Shown: positions 62,523 through 62,767 of the stretch, piece by piece
Layout of the letters: each line of letters begins with the position of its first letter
How positions within the stretch are numbered: position 1 is the stretch's first letter
Assembly: GCA_029267465.1 (NCBI GenBank)
Contig: JAJUIT010000002.1
Location: 1 to 62,767 of the forward strand
DNA from: Synergistaceae bacterium
Lineage (GTDB): Bacteria; Synergistota; Synergistia; Synergistales; 79-D21
Length of the DNA: 62,767 nucleotides
Reading direction: 5' to 3'
Notes under the pieces: generated by a model
What the model was told of the DNA's origin: nothing
What the model saw: only the letters and a program-made list of their open reading frames with translations
Databases searched by the model: none
Translations under genes and position numbers: made by a program

Positions 62523-62767
62523 GTGTGGCAACCTGAAAAACCGAAAAATGACGTCGATTCGATTCCCCTTTACGCCCCGGGAACCGCGGAAAGGGAACTT
62601 CTTCTCGCCGAGCTCGAGCGCCTTCGGGGCACCACCGAAGAAATTCCGCTTCTCATCGGCGGCAAGCGTTTTTGGGAAGGAGAAATCCTTGAGATCCGCT
62701 CTCCCGCCGAACACCGGCTGGTCCTGGGAAGAACCCGCCTGGCGGGGGAAAGGGAAATCGACGCAGC
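62523..62767 (+). CDS. Partial CDS (N-terminus only): probable 1-pyrroline-5-carboxylate / aldehyde dehydrogenase family protein
   Basis: My translation from GTG 62523, with GGGAGGTG about 8 nt upstream: VWQPEKPKNDVDSIPLYAPGTAERELLLAELERLRGTTEEIPLLIGGKRFWEGE... This resembles P5CDH N-termini. The frame runs off the window. Confidence 0.5.
   Translation, partial: MWQPEKPKNDVDSIPLYAPGTAERELLLAELERLRGTTEEIPLLIGGKRFWEGEILEIRSPAEHRLVLGRTRLAGEREIDA

Noticed and set aside
62448-62714. 88-aa minus-strand ORF
   Set aside because: It lies across the AT-rich intergenic region and is antisense to the start of the P5CDH-like gene, which has a good Shine-Dalgarno and a family-like N-terminus.
1-62767. 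Search for tRNA/tRNA-Sec, rRNA, CRISPR repeats, integrases or transposases, and toxin-antitoxin pairs
   Set aside because: I found no T-loop-like GGTTCGAATCC contexts with matching stems, no regularly spaced direct repeats and no recombinase motifs. The few TTCGAA hits lie inside well-supported CDSs.

Overview
Visibly GC-rich bacterial chromosomal segment, densely coding on both strands. I call about 60 protein genes and find no rRNA, tRNA or CRISPR array. The six-frame track is full of long R/G/P-rich antisense or off-frame ORFs typical of high-GC DNA; I ignored these wherever another frame or the opposite strand carries clear family motifs.

Gene content, left to right:
- PucR-type regulator and a Na+-pumping decarboxylase beta subunit.
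- Selenium-utilisation operon: yedE, yedF, selD, and a class-V cysteine desulfurase/selenocysteine-lyase-like gene. selD carries an in-frame UGA (Sec) codon that the ORF track truncates.
- An odd stand-alone TnpB/Cas12-like RuvC protein, preceded by a promoter-to-terminator RNA unit.
- Two divergent EamA transporters.
- Homoserine dehydrogenase, two tungsten-type aldehyde:ferredoxin oxidoreductases, leucyl aminopeptidase and a UPF0182 membrane protein.
- pcm and a universal stress protein.
- Phosphate block: phoU, Na/Pi cotransporter, Ppx/GppA.
- Flavodoxin, dsdA, alr.
- YdcF-like protein, BAAT-type thioesterase, and an RNase HI-SWIM fusion.
- A PAS/HD-GYP protein.
- A buk-ptb-ptb-buk operon.
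- Tungstate-type ABC permease and ATPase.
- A class-IV aminotransferase.
- A complete tad/flp pilus locus: flp, cpaA, tadE/G-like, cpaB, cpaC secretin, cpaE, cpaF, tadB, tadC, DUF192. It is bracketed by two further HD-GYP genes.
- cobB sirtuin, a ThrC-like PLP enzyme, and bioY with a BirA-type operator.
- pckA, yigZ and a HIT protein.
- parB-parA-rsmG, a secreted thermonuclease, a DnaA-box cluster, and the start of a P5C-dehydrogenase-like gene.

The gene set suggests an anaerobic, amino-acid-fermenting diderm that uses Se and W. This is inference only and taxonomy cannot be proven here.

Most unusual items:
1. The stripped-down TnpB-like RuvC protein at 7318-8652, with lost Glu and Zn finger and a long helical tail.
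2. The ~125-nt RNA unit directly upstream of it.
3. An in-frame TGA inside cpaE/tadZ, followed by a hairpin.
4. A long structured leader upstream of the selenium operon.
5. A DnaA-box cluster next to rsmG-parAB.
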